Origin: Lepidodermella squamata
Lineage: Eukaryota > Animalia > Gastrotricha
NCBI GenBank assembly: GCA_047495785.1
Contig: JBLDXI010000015.1
Span: forward strand, 3,844,001-3,908,000
Reading direction: 5' to 3'
Length of the DNA: 64,000 nt
Shown here: piece after piece, positions 1 through 19,182 of the stretch
Layout: each line of letters opens with the position of its first letter
Numbering within the stretch: the stretch's first letter is position 1
Program-made: the position numbers and the translations under genes
The notes under the pieces: generated by a model
What the model saw: only the letters and a program-made list of their open reading frames with translations
What the model was told of the DNA's origin: nothing
Database searches by the model: none

Positions 1-5431
<5,431 letters not shown>

Positions 5432-8400
5432 ATTTTAATCGATTATCGACCGTTTAGCACCACGGCAAATCAAATTTTTTACGATTATTTAATAATGATG
5501 ATCAGTTGATGAACCTATAGGTAATATGGAAACATAAGAGTATAGGTGTCATCAGGGTCATTTGAGGTGTACTCGTGGCGCCAGCTGTGGGTGTCGCTGA
5601 CGCCATTTGGCCGCTTCGACGATTTCGCTTCCTGCTGATAAGCAGGCAGCGGATAACACGAGGGCATGACCAGCGGGAGATGGATGATACGTAAGAATTA
5701 GGCATGTCAAGTAGAGGCACGCGCGAATGCGATACGGCACGATGCGCACTGGTCGGCGAATGTTTGCTTAGGCGACTAAAATTGTTGTTCGCTGACTTCC
5801 GAGAATTACATGATAAATAGGCAGTAGTCGCGCCGGCGTGGAGGAAGCGAGCCTAGCTTATCTCCCGGCGTGAGACAACGAACCCGGCGGACAGGGAACA
5901 TCAAAAGGTGAATCTCGATGGTGCCATCGTGGCGCGAGAGACAGATAAAAAAAAACACACGCAAATTATGCAAGATGCGGGGATGTGATTCAGAGAGGTA
6001 ACAAGACATGGCCACGTGCATAGGAAAAAAGGTCCAACTAAGGACGCACTTGCTATGGACAGACACGACAAGATCGAGCAAATAACGACAGGGTAATAAA
6101 ATAGGCGTGTGCGATGACAAGTGTGGAGGGTCTTCAAAAAAGCTAATTATTACAGCAAAAAGCTGTCTCTCTCGCTCTCTATCACTAGCGCCTCGATGTG
6201 TTGCACGCAGTGAAAAATGAGGGTTATTATAACAATAATAATTTTCGCAAACAGCAAATTGTGCCTAAAAACACCTCGAAAACCGCCGACCTCGCGAATA
6301 AAAATGAGAAGCGCGAAGATCAGCAAGTGAGTCGTTAATAATTACACCGCTCGGCTTCTATTTATTACTGGTCTTGCCGACTCGCCATGTGATGAGTGAG
6401 GCGCGGCTCAAAAAGAAAGGCGGTGATGGCATTGTGAGATACGACGACGGGGGCGGGGCGATCAAAACCGAGCTGAGCACCAGCCTCGCGAAAATTACCC
6501 CTACACTAATGAAACGAACGACTGACTACATATAGCTCCCGAACATTAATGATGCGGCTGATGATGGGTGTTTCGGGGATAGTCGACAAGATGAAGAAAA
6601 TAAATGGGTGCGCGCGTCAGCCGCCGCACATGGCGTTAATGTTCCGGAAAATCTTGCGCCCGAATATTACGGGGCTATAAAAACTCGCACGTGATTTTCG
6701 GGCGCAACGAGACACAACTCGGCGATCATTATCGCAAAGGCATGACGCGCCGCTCGGGTTGTTTATTACCTGCCTACTAACTACTTCTAAGCGATAGTTA
6801 ATAAAACTGACTGATGGCCTATCATATAGTACTGCTGACGAATATAATGAACTAAGTATCGAAGCGATGAGAATTTGGCCGTGCGGCCTATTTCGGTTCA
6901 AGTAGCGAGGTGATGCGAAATGGCCACGAGTTGGCGATTATCTCGTTAAATGATGTGGCAAAACGCGCATCGGGCGTGGGGCCCCACTTGTCGCACTCGA
7001 GCCGATGCGAACGGGCGCTGCCCAGGTGCGCCGGAGGAGCCAACGAGGCTCCATCTCGAGAATTAACGCGCTTCGAGTGTGCAATTACGCTGCCTGTCTT
7101 GGCGTTTTTAATACGCCTGCCTGATGCTCAGTCGCGCGTCAAAAATAGAGGCCTACTGGCAGTTTTAACACCGGGGACGCCCCCCTGCGATTAAGAACGT
7201 GTCGATAGCCCAAAATCACAACAGCTGTTTGCGTTGCACATTGTCTTGGCGCGATCTATCGGAAAGTTTCAACAAGACGCCTAGCAAAATAAGTGGCCAT
7301 CCCTGATCGCGCAATGTAGCAATTAGTCGTGAAGACACGCTAGGTTGTCATTAGTTGACTTGAACATTCATACGAGTGTCAAGGGCGTGCGCGTTTGTCG
7401 GCAAATAGCTCGCGCGGCGCCAATTAGTAGTTGCGGAACAAGGAAATCCTCGGAAGAATTCAGGCCTAGTAATGAACTCTCGTGAGTGCCGTGCCGAAAC
7501 GCGCCCAGCAGGTAGGGAAAGTTATCTACAAAGGCAGGTATAACAACAAAATAAACAGCGATTATACCTGAGAGGAGGCGGGGAGGGTAAGATATAACGC
7601 GAATCAAGCGAGCCACCTGGGTGATCTCATGGCCACGGTTAGCCAACTATTAGAAATATTTTTATCTTCGACGCGACAGTGGCGACGCTTCGAGATATCA
7701 TACTCGCAGTCTAGCAATGACGAAAGTGCACACAATAACCGCGTCCTTATCGCATCTTCGGCCGGTTCGGAGGGCCAAGTTCTCGGATAAGTTTTGTATC
7801 AAATCTACAGCTGGGAGTTTCGTGTCTGTGAACCGGTGTCGCGAGGTAATTAATCCTAAGCGTGACTAATGATAAAATAAGAATATCCGCAGTAAAATGC
7901 CTAGAATTTGACTCGGACGGCTGTTGTTGTTGTTGACGACGGCGGCGTAATGTGTGGGAAGCGGTGTAATAGAAACTGGCGAGGTGGTTCCTATCTTCGG
8001 CGGCGATAAGGCCCCGTCGCCTGTTTGCCGTTATATTATAGACAACGACGCACAGGGGTCGGTTGACGCACGGAAGAGGCGCGCAGGCCACAGAGACAAG
8101 TGAGGTGGGTGGGTATAGATTACAAATATAAACAAAAACATCTCGTGAGCTGGCGATTATTACTGCCAGAGATTCCGGCTACATCTGGCATAGCTCGACA
8201 CTGTTTTGGTGCTCTTCGTAATGTAATAAGTGTCATTAAGGGCTAAGAGACACTGCGCGTCCAAGGCAAACACCTATGAGGGGTGATGAGGGGTGATGCA
8301 ACCACCTCGTCGAGAAGTCACAGGCGATAGCAAGATGAGTAATAGAATAACGAAAAAAATCGACAGTAAATAATTTCAAACGACAAATTTCACCGACCGC

Positions 8401-11400
8401 TCACATCATATTTCAATCATCTTTAAAACAAACACCTCCATGTCTTAATGATATTTGGCGTCACAAAGATGATGCTACATCCGAGTTTAAGGAACATCTG
8501 TTTCAGGTATCAGGTTAAACTATGTCTCCACGTGTGCTTTTTTCACAGCCATCGCGGACCAAATTTGTACAACCAAAATGAACAAAGTTTTGTTCCTGTC
8601 CCTCATAAGAAGCATACATTATTAGAGAGGATTAAACTGAGAAATTCAGATTTTAAAATTGAACCATGGTATCGAAAAGCAAGTGCGAGAGAAAATTTGA
8701 GCGGAATCAGTCGACGATCGGGCACGGTTAGGTGCGTAGTCGGAGTTGTTTATAGCTGGCGGCAATTGTGTGACGAACGAGATCTATGGCGAAAAGAGAT
8801 GCGAGGGGAGGAGAGGGAAGAAGAAGAGGAGGAAGCTCACTCAGGGGAGCCATCGGCGATTTGATGCGCCAACCTGTGCCGAGGTGTAATAAAACGACGC
8901 CGGCGCTGAGGAACGTGCGTGCGCGGTGATAGGCCGTCGAGGATTGTTGGTGATCATTAAAAATTAACCAACCCGGCCCGGACTAGTTGCAGGTAGTAAT
9001 AATATTCTTAATATAATAATCACGCGCCCGAGCAGCGCACGACGGTATCCTCATAGTCTCATCCGACGCCGTCTTCTTTTTGCGCGCGCTTTATTGCGCC
9101 GTTGAATTATTTCGCATCGGGAGAAGAGAGCGAGCGCAGAAATCGTCATCGTCATCACGCGGCCGCGATGAAAGACAGCGCGTCGAATATTTATTAAGCA
9201 TGCCTTCACTTATTAGGTAGCAATAGATTAGGTATGCGTGTCCTGACATTTTCGCTACTATTACTGCTACTACTACGCTATGGCTGATGATGAGCGGGAT
9301 GGGACGGCGATGAAGATTTGATGCCAAGGTGCAATATAACAATTCAGCAATAACAACAATAATGATGCCAAAACATTTCCTCGCATAACACAGCGCGCCC
9401 GAAAGACACAAATAATAATCGCAAGCAGGTAGCTGCTGCTAGTCCTCTTAGCAATAAATTGCCTGATTTTCCCTTCGCCAAGCAAGTAATGATAATTAAA
9501 AAATTCTCAATAATGTTTTGATATTTTTTTTGAAAAATTAGCGCGTGGGCGAATAATGATAATTAGTTACGCACGTGGTATATGATAGTACACCGCTTGA
9601 TGCTACCGATAGTTAATTAGGAAAAAGGTCAAGGTCACCTCGTAATTATCGAATGTTGATTGTGCGAAGTGACACAAGCGCACGAGTTTACAATTTTATC
9701 TGAGTGTTCAGCCGTTATTTTCTAAATTTAGTAGCACATTCATTTGGGAGCATCAGACACGCTCGCATGGCGCCACGCATCTCGCGTGTTCATCATTTTC
9801 CAACCTGAAAAGATGAGCAGTTAGACCAAGTAATTGAAAGAGGACAAGGAGATATCCAATTCGCATAAAAATTCCGAAGGTTAAAACAATTAGTTCAGCC
9901 GATTTGAAAAGAAATTTCAAAAGTGAAACGCAATTCAAGTTGACAAAGCGGAAAGAGAAGAAGGGTTAGTGGCAGCGAGTGAGTGTCCGAGTGGCAGCGG
10001 CACATCATCATGAGCGCTGCCGAGCCTCTCTCGTGAGTAAAACACCGAGCCACTCAGTGAAAAATTAACGCCAACGGCGCCAACAGCAGAGCGCGCGCGC
10101 CGCTCTATTATGTCGAGCTCTGAGCGCATGTGAGAAAAAAAATTGTTCTTTCACGCAGCAGGGATCCCACTCCGCATCGACGTCATCTTAAAACACATAC
10201 CTAATATACCTGGAGGCTCGACGCAGAACATCTCAATTTCGCCAGACACCCGCTTATTATTGACAACAGAGTGTTTAATCCCCATTTTTCAGCGCTTTTC
10301 TTCTTCTTCACTATTATTACTACGGCAGTATTCCGCAGCCAGTGAGCGGCGAGCCTCTGTGTGTTCTTCGTCTTCTGCGCGTTTTTAAAAAGAATAATTT
10401 TCTGCGCCTGAGACTAAAGGCTAAGTGTTATTACAGAGTTTGGCAAGTAAGTAACTAATAGTTAAGTATATTGTAAAAAGCTCAAACAAATAAATAAATA
10501 GACTATTATCATCATCATCAGTTTAGCCGTATTTTACTCTTTCAATACCATCTCGCCGCTCGCTCCGTGTCCACGCACCTTAAAGAAACACACCACGCCG
10601 CTGCCGACGTTCACAGCAGCAGCGGCAGCAGAAAACATGTGTCACGCGCGCGCCGAGCGGGTGAGCGCGCAAAAATTTGCAGTCGAGGCCACCTTTTTGT
10701 TCGGCAGCCTCTGTGTGCGTCCTCCTACGTATAATATACGCAGTCGTCTCCTCTCCGTGATGTTCTTGTCGTCAAAATAAAGAGAGAAAAGAGCCAGCGA
10801 CGATGTAGAAGCAGCAGCAGTAATAATAATAATAATAATCGGCGAGTGAACAAAACACATGACAAAAATTAAGCGCAGCTCCGCAGCCTCGTCACACGCT
10901 CCGAGGCCAAGGTGTATGTTACAGCACGATCTGGTGCGAGAAAGATTGTTCGCGCGCTGCTCCCGCAACACACAAAAACGACGGCCGAGTAGTACCAGGC
11001 CTTATTATAGCCGTGAGTAATAATAATAATGTACCTAGATAATAGCCGTCGATGTTTTTCGCCGACGAAAAATGAGAGTTGCGTCAAAACAATGAGAGGA
11101 AGCATAGTTGCAGGCAATAAGTTTCGGGTTTGAAACGTGTCTACGAAAATGAAGTCGATGAAGAAGAAGACAAGGATAAGCTGACGAGACGTAGTGGCTC
11201 GCAAAGGGTGAAATAACAAAAACAAACGGGGCGAAGGTGCTATCTACGACCAGTTTTAATAATAATAATAATAAGACTTGCTCGGCAGATGCGTCTCACT
11301 AATGCTATATAGTAGAAGCGGATGATGATGATGACGATTCGTAAAACTGGTTGACGGGGCGCAAAAACACAGCCAAATTGTTGCTGCCACCTCACTTTCG

Positions 11401-14375
11401 TATCTACAACAGGGCATCTCTCGCGGCCTTGCGCGCATAATTTATCAATAATTCAAGCTCAAAATGACGCGAGGCAGCAACGTTAGGGATGAGACACCTT
11501 GTGTATAAGAAACGCGGTCGCGTGTAATTCTTTTTTTCTCTCTCGAAGAGCCCTGTAAGTATTGTCAGTCGAGCTTAGATACTACAAGCGGGGGGAAACA
11601 AAAGACGACGCATCTTTTGCGCGTGAAAATTGGGTCGCCAAAAAAATGGGTTGATTCGCCGCGAAAATATTCGATATTTGATGTCTTAAGGCGGGGTTGC
11701 ATCCTTGGCGACACGGCGCGTGATAAGATAAGAAGCGCATAAAAAAATTGACAGAATGTGCGCACATTCGAATAAAAATACATCGAATACCTGGGCTGTA
11801 GTACCAAGCTTGGAATAACGAAGCAGCCTTTGATGAGAAATTTTCTGTAATTTTTTGTAACAAAAGAGACATCTATGTGATACAGAAAAAAAAATCTGGA
11901 AAAAGGAAAAATAGCAAAAAACATCGAATATTGGGAGCACTCAATTTCGCTTAAAAATGCTTCCGAATTGTAATCAATGTGATATGATTGATGTTGATTG
12001 CCATTCGAATCATTCGACTTGGAAAATGGGGGCTTATTTGTATATAAAATCCGCCTCAAGTGATTTTTCTGAAAAAGCGTTTTCATCAAAGTTGAACTGA
12101 AAATGTTTGTCCGCGTTGACAATAAGCGGTAAAGCCTAATTTTATAGAACATTTTTGTGGGTTATGGAACTTTTTTCAAGGTGCGCCAGTTCCAAGAGTG
12201 GCAGCCATGCTGGCGCCATCTTACAACACTCCAATTAAGATGTTAATCACCGTGATATTTGTTACAATTACGGCTCAGATAATGAGACAAGGAGGGCTAG
12301 GGCGAAAAAAATTCTGACAACGAGATGATGATGATGATGAATGCCGTGGTTTTTTTTACATTTTGTTGAACCTGAGGCGAAAGAGATAACTATCTAGCGC
12401 AAACGGCCCAACGACTACGCAGACAGCTCGTCAAAAGCTGCGCGGGGAGATGAGCGAGACAGATTAGCCATACACGTGTGTTGGTTTTCCTAAGGAAAAT
12501 ATATGGCTAAGCGCGATTTTTTGAATACAATAAAGCGTTGAACGAAGCTCATGCGCTAAGCAGATTTTACGCCTCATCATAATCATCCTCGCATCATCAT
12601 AATCATAATCGCCGAGATTTTTGTGTTTCACCTGTACACAAACGCCTGATTTAGTAATAACATGTATCAGCAGAAAAGAACCATCGTCATCTGTGCATAC
12701 ATTATACTACATACGCTCATTTCAAACACGCCGCCGTCATCAAAGTTTGCGTTCTGCTACTATTGCCACTGATAATTCTTGGCGCGGCAAAGTGGCTGCT
12801 AGATTTCGCCCGCGGTGACAATGAAACGTCGCCGTTACGTTGAAACGGCGGTTCCATGATGTCTTGCGCGCGCTTCGTGTTTATTTTGACGCCAAGTTTG
12901 CATTTCTCACAGGTTTGCGCGAGCCCTCGACGCGCCCAACCTAAACACACCGGAGGCTAATAAAACACTTGAACGCTCGTGATGCCGGTAATATCAATAG
13001 CGCGCGTATTACACAGGTAAAAATCGCCGCGCAGTTGAATTTTAAACGGCGTTTTTATTCAGCACGACATAGCTGTAGTAAAGCGGAGAAAACAAACACA
13101 AATGATAATAATACCTTGAAGAAAATCACAAGTTGACACATATTAAATGGTATAGAGGCTCATCACCCCATCATTATTACTCAAATTTTTTCTTGTCCGA
13201 GTTGCTATCGCCATTGAGAGCTTTTTTTAGTACAAAGCGGCGGATGCGTTCTCGCCATTGCAACGCGTGTTATCTCTTTTCGAAGCATCAAGTGTTGTTT
13301 TCCTTCTGTCTTATTGCTCATCAACAGCTTCGACGAGCTCTGTCGCGTGCTGAGCTGCATCTATTTTAAACTGTGAATAACTGTAGCAAATCGTCGACAC
13401 AAGTCATAAAAAATTGTCCGAATCGTCAAAACACCGATTTTTTCCCCGCGTTGTGACATTTCTCGAGAGAGCTGCATCTTCTAATTGATATAATTTATAT
13501 CTATATTTCTTATAGCTTCGAATTCCGCTGTAGTGGCCGACGGGCTGTAGTCGCCTTGGCTTATTTTATTATCGTATTTGTGTCTGTGTGTGAAAAATAG
13601 GTCATTGTTATCGCGTCCAAAATTAGCAACATTTAGAGACAAAATCGTGCCATTCAAATGTTCAATAAAATTTTTCATCATAAAAGCTCTTGCGCCTTAA
13701 ACAAAACAATATTTGGCGCCGTGGTGTTTGTGTATCTCGAGAAATGTCGGGTTACTCCACTGAAGCTTGAAGTAACTTGATTCAATGGTCATTTCGATCG
13801 AATCAAGCGGAACTAAGAATCGCTGATGGGCACCTATGCCAGCTGCCAGCTGGAAGGGCGTTGATTAATGTTCCCTACCGAATTTCCTAAGCTTGATATC
13901 GCGAATTGCTGTTGAAACTGATGTTTTGAAATATTCGCGAAAACCGATTGAAGCTAACCTGAGCCGACCGAAGTTAGGCTACAAAAATCATGAAACTTAC
14001 ACACCAAAATGTTTCTTACAAATTACAAATTAAGCCGGACTCAGACCCCGAAAATCGGTCCGGGTTAGACAATAAAGTTAACATGGTCCAATTTAGACAA
14101 AATTACTAAATACTCGTTTTGTCGGATATGGTTTGAAAACGGACGAACTGACGCCGAAACGGACCGAAATGACATGACTACCGGGGACATGCGACGTAGA
14201 TGTTGCAGGACGCAGGACCACCCAGATGTTTTGCCAGAGCAACAAAACACGAATATTCAGAAAATCGCCCCGGCCGCTGCATCAAAACAATGATGAATCG
14301 AACAAGATGTTTCGCGATGTTTTCAGGCAAAAAATCGGGGTAGTCCTGCGTCTGTGTCAACATCTATGTCACATG

Positions 14376-15279
14376 ACCGGAGGTACAATTTTGACAGGTA
14401 CAAGCTTGGCAACTTTTTTTCTACCTAATTGCCTACCTGCGGTTGACTTCCTAAAATTCTTGAAAAATATCTAAAAAATCCCATGGCTCCTGTAGAATAA
14501 GGGTATCGATTCTGTTTTCCCGAATTCGATTCCATTATTGACTGCTGATTTTTGGAATCGAACCCTCGAAAACCCTAAAATCAACTTTCTGGATCTCTTC
14601 ACCTGGGCGGTTTTAGATAATTATTTATACCAAAATGAAGCTGGCGTTTAGCTGGTAATTATTGAGGTGAGAGCAGTAAATTTTGTAAAGCCAGTTTCAG
14701 GTAAATTACCAGCAAAGTAGCGATTTTGGAGGAGCAATTTTGACAACTCGTCAGTACTGTTTTTACAGCAGGTACAATTTTGGCAACTAAAAAACTACGT
14801 TGAAAGACTCGATATATTTTCAAATGGTACTTCGATGAGGCCTGTCTCATGTTGAGAATTGTAGAACTTTTTCCCAGATTCTAACACCGTTCGTTTATCT
14901 TTGGTAAAGTTTCGGAGCAATATCTTGAAAACATCGTTTAATACAAAAAATCCAGAATCAAATAAAAATCTCAATTTTCACCACGAGCACGATGAATCAC
15001 TGCTGACGCTAGAGGATCAAGTTGAAAAAGGGGCATTACCATAGAGTTGTCAAAGTTGTACTAGCTTCTCAAAATTGTACCTTTCTTCCGAGCCTTTTTT
15101 CTCAGATGAATTACCTGGATCAGGCCGTGGACAAAATACAAAAACTATATGCCCAGGACAAGGGAATTCTAACGGTGTAAACATTTGCAAATTTGAAAAT
15201 CAATTCACCTGCATTAATTTTCTGGATTTTTTTTTACAAAGTTGTACCTTTTTGTTGTCAAAATTGTACCGTCACCCGG
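14376..15279. mobile_element. Degenerate foldback/MITE-like DNA element with inverted motif arrays
   Basis: GGTACAATTTTG(A/G)CA-type motifs occur at ~14382, ~14731 and ~14771. The reverse-complement motif (G)TCAAA(A/G)TTGTAC(C) occurs at ~15049, ~15069 and ~15257. No transposase ORF was seen and the boundaries are approximate. Confidence 0.5.
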
Positions 15280-15408
15280 TATCTGCTACTAATTTATTAC
15301 TTTGAGAAAACTTTTATTTACTGAGCTCTCAACTTTGGGATTTGCGCTCTTAAATAAATGAATTCCGGTTTAGACGACTTTCGCCGTATACGGCGTTCGC
15401 GTTCGGCG

Positions 15409-15512
15409 TTCGCGTAATAATACTCTTCTAAAAATAGCTTTGCTACTTTTTGCATGCATTCTAGCTTTTTTGTAGCTATTTTTAGCTATCACTCAGAGTA
15501 TTATTACGCGAA
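15409..15512. repeat. ~104-bp hairpin with a perfect 18-bp inverted repeat
   Basis: TTCGCGTAATAATACTCT (15409-15426) pairs with AGAGTATTATTACGCGAA (15495-15512). The inner AAAAATAGCT/AGCTATTTTT also pairs. Confidence 0.8.
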
Positions 15513-17606
15513 TAGGGTGACCGATGCATGCCGAAATAGTGTGACCTATCAAGTCCTATCAATAATCGGGAAGGTGTTATTAAGGTGAATCTCCAATGAG
15601 TGTGTTGCCGTTGGATAGCTTACGGCCAATCTTAAATTTGCATATGATTGGGTGGCTTCTGTTGTGCTATCTAATGTAACCTACTCAGGGTTCTGTAACT
15701 TTTCCACCTTTTCAATTTTTATCGGCCCAAGTCGCCCCAATTTGACGGTGCGATGAATGTTATTATTGCTCCGCTGACTAGATTTCAGGTCAAACTATGC
15801 CGTTCCGCCTCATGCATCATGGTCAGAAAGCTAATCATTGGTCTTAGTTTCGCCCGGTATTTCTATCGTTCGTGTTATTATGAGCAGCTGCATAACATTT
15901 TTAACTTTGATCTGAACTTCGGCACATTTATTGAGTACTCGAGGTAAAAAGTAGCAACCGGCAGTTATGGTGCTTCATCGTTTCAAATTCAAGCTGTGTG
16001 CCAGGCCTGAGTTAAATCTTAGAAATACTTGCGTCCAGCAACACTACTATTCCGCTTTCCGATGATGGCTATAGAAAAAAATTAATCAGCTGCAAATTGA
16101 TTGAAAAAGGCAAGCAATTCTCGTTTCACCGTATTTATTTTGTTCTGGCAATTCATCAAATATTAGGATTTCCATCACAAATGAGACGAAGAGGAGCGTG
16201 CGAGTAGAAAGCGAGACTCAGAAGCGAGACAGGCGACGAGCAGTGTGGTCAGAACGCGGCCGCACTCACCCGAAACTGGCCTTCATAACCGAGAAGAAAA
16301 ATCACCAACATAGTTTTGCTTTCATTTATTATTGAAATAAAGACTGGGCGCCCGGTAAAAACAACCGCAGCTAGGAGAGTCATTCGACCGGGAGACGAGC
16401 TGGTGGCGTCTCCCAAGCCCGCTTTTCGACGAAGCCACAAAAAACACACCCGGCCGCTCGCGCTTTGGAATGAAAGAAAGAGTGAGGTCGCCACTTCCAA
16501 CATCAACGGTAAAAGCGAGTCGAGTTCTCAGTCTATTAACAGGCACTAAAAGCAGCGAGCAGATTTCGTGCAATCATCTTTGCAAATCATGTTCAGGCAA
16601 AGCTCGCGCCCGGCCAGGTGTGCGGTTCGAAACGAAAAAACATCATCTCCAAAAAGCCGCTAGCAAGTAGATACGCAGACGCCCGCTTCACACAACACGC
16701 CAGTTTCGGCTACATGCCACGCCCTTAAAAACGCGCTAGCCGCGAGTCATCAAGCTTCGAGGAGTCCGCGATGAAAAACCTTCGCACGATATAATTTCGC
16801 TTATAACAAGTATAAGAAACCGCGATTTCGTGGACAAAAATTACGCAACTAGAAAATTAGAAATGAAGTGCGTTTTTAACGCGATTGAAAAATTCTACCT
16901 TAAAAATATTTTGTCCATGAAAACGCGGCACGCAAAAATTCAAAAATATTATGTCAGCAGGAGCCGAATCTGCGAGCGCTACCCATGAAATTCAATGCTT
17001 GTGGACGAACGATATAGCAACTTCGTGTGTAGAGAGAAAAGACTTGTTGTAGACAGAAGAAAGCTTTTTGGCAAAAAACGGCACGGATAGCGCTCGACCT
17101 TTCATGATGAAGACGCAACGAGTGAAACGAGAAAAAAAGCGCCTGCAGCCGGCCAATGAATACATCCGACCGGCCAAAGTGGCGCAGTTTTTTTTATAGC
17201 AATCTAAGAGAAGAAATAAACCCGACTAGACTTGTAATAATTGACCCCGGTCTTAACTATTCTTCTCGTGGTTTTTTCTAGAAAAATTATCATTTTCCCG
17301 GCTTCCGAGTCCTTGATTACGAAATTATTTGCCTTAGTTCTACAGCCGGTAGCTGTCTTTCCAGCAGTCAGTTTTGCAGTTGTTTCGCAAAAAACAGAGA
17401 CCACAAAATTCTCCAAATGATGATATGGAAAAGAAGTGTTGTTTGTGATGTGATTGCACAGAAACGATGACGATGAAGTTTGATGAGCGAAGCGCGTGAT
17501 GAGGAAAAAGAAGCGTTCACATCATAGTAATTTCATTTCACTTAATGCTTCATCCATCGTGTTCTGTTGTGACCAGATCAATGTTTCGTTCACGATGAGT
17601 GACGGT

Positions 17607-17630
17607 AGAGAGAGAGAGAGAGAGAGAGAG
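17607..17630. repeat. (AG)n microsatellite
   Basis: A run of about 12 AG units followed by a purine-rich tract. Confidence 0.9.
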
Positions 17631-19182
17631 AAGATAAGATGAAGATAGAGAGGAGAGAAGTTGTTCTTCTAAGGAACGCTCATCGTCGCAGAATTTTCAA
17701 AATTTGTAGTTGGATCGAAAACCTTGCGATGAGCGCAATCTGACGGGAATTCAGAAGCGGTACGGTAGATGGATAGATTTATATAAGATTTTGTGAATAG
17801 ATATATATATACCATCATCGATCGCACAGCCGCCTTTCTTGGTTTCTTTTGAATTGAGCTTCCAGGCGCTGCAATGCACGCTGAATTGGTAATAATAAAC
17901 GCAAGAAGAGAAGTAAAAAGAAGTAAACATTTCGTCGCCGCGACGATCGCCATATTCATTGTGGTTTCGTCGATCGTCGCCGGCGCAGCTCAGAACAAAA
18001 CAAATACACAGCTATAGTAAAGATACTGGACGATTTCAGAGAGAGAGCGCGCGAGAGGGAGAAAAAGAAGAGAGCTGGAACAATAAATAATTGTGTTTTT
18101 GTGTAATTTCGGATCAGCCAGTCGTGTAATTTAGTGACATGGCCCGTGTATCGGACGAAAGTTTCGTTGACTTTTCAGTTTCAATTTCCGTCCGGCTAAG
18201 CGACTTGGTCGTTTCTAAAACGATGTCACATGACATTTCAACTCACAAGAGGACGCGGATTTCAAATTCCTTTTTTCATCGAGTAAAATCTCGATCCTCC
18301 AGAAGCGAACGGAATAACGAACCAGCTTGAACAGATAAATATAGTAGATACATAATAAGTGAATATAGTGTAGGCATAAAGTAGTAGAGGGTGAGTGATA
18401 GCTGGGGCGGTTGAAGAAAGGAGATTGAATGGCGAATTCTCCTTGCACGTGGCTAGTATCATTTTTCATTTCATACCACGTGTTCGCCAAACGCAACAAC
18501 TTTCGAAGATAGAGAGAAAGAGAAAGCATTTCATGGTTTGTATACCAACCGGCTTGGGCTTGTTCCGGTATCGCCACCCCCGCCTCGAATTTTCATTTAG
18601 CATTTCGGCAAGGCGGAAAATGGCGCTATTAAAAACGTGAGGAGATTGATAAGAGTTGAGGAGGAGAGACCGCGAGTTAACTCTCATACTGGAAACAACA
18701 AAATCGCATTTCGTGATGCTAAAAAGGAAAGAGTTTCATCAGGTGTTTTGTTGTCAGACAGTACAAGGTTAGTGGCATCTCAAATAGTATTTTCGACAAG
18801 CGAGTCGCCCCCTCCTATAATTCTGTCGATGAGAAATTTAGTAGTAGCCAATTATGTACACAAAAGAGCGAAGATAGGAAAGTGGAACACAAATACACAG
18901 ATAGACATGAATAGTAGAATTAATTGATGCTGTTGTTGATCATGTAAATTCCAGAATTGTAGTAACAATGAAACTTCAGTTTAGTATATAGAAGAGTTAA
19001 TTTGTGTGATTAATCCAACGAAATAATAACAATAGCGTCACTAGATTTACATCATTTCCCATTATTAAATTCTTTCTCATACAACGCTAAAGTATAACAC
19101 ACTCTATAATTATTTTGCGACAAAATCAGGTCATTTATAGGATTTATTATTGCCGCGACATGGAAGATCGACCTGGGCGAGT

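Noticed and set aside
11565-12152. 195-aa minus-strand ORF
   Set aside because: Its F/S/Y-rich composition comes from the A-rich opposite strand. It has no recognisable motif or splice context.
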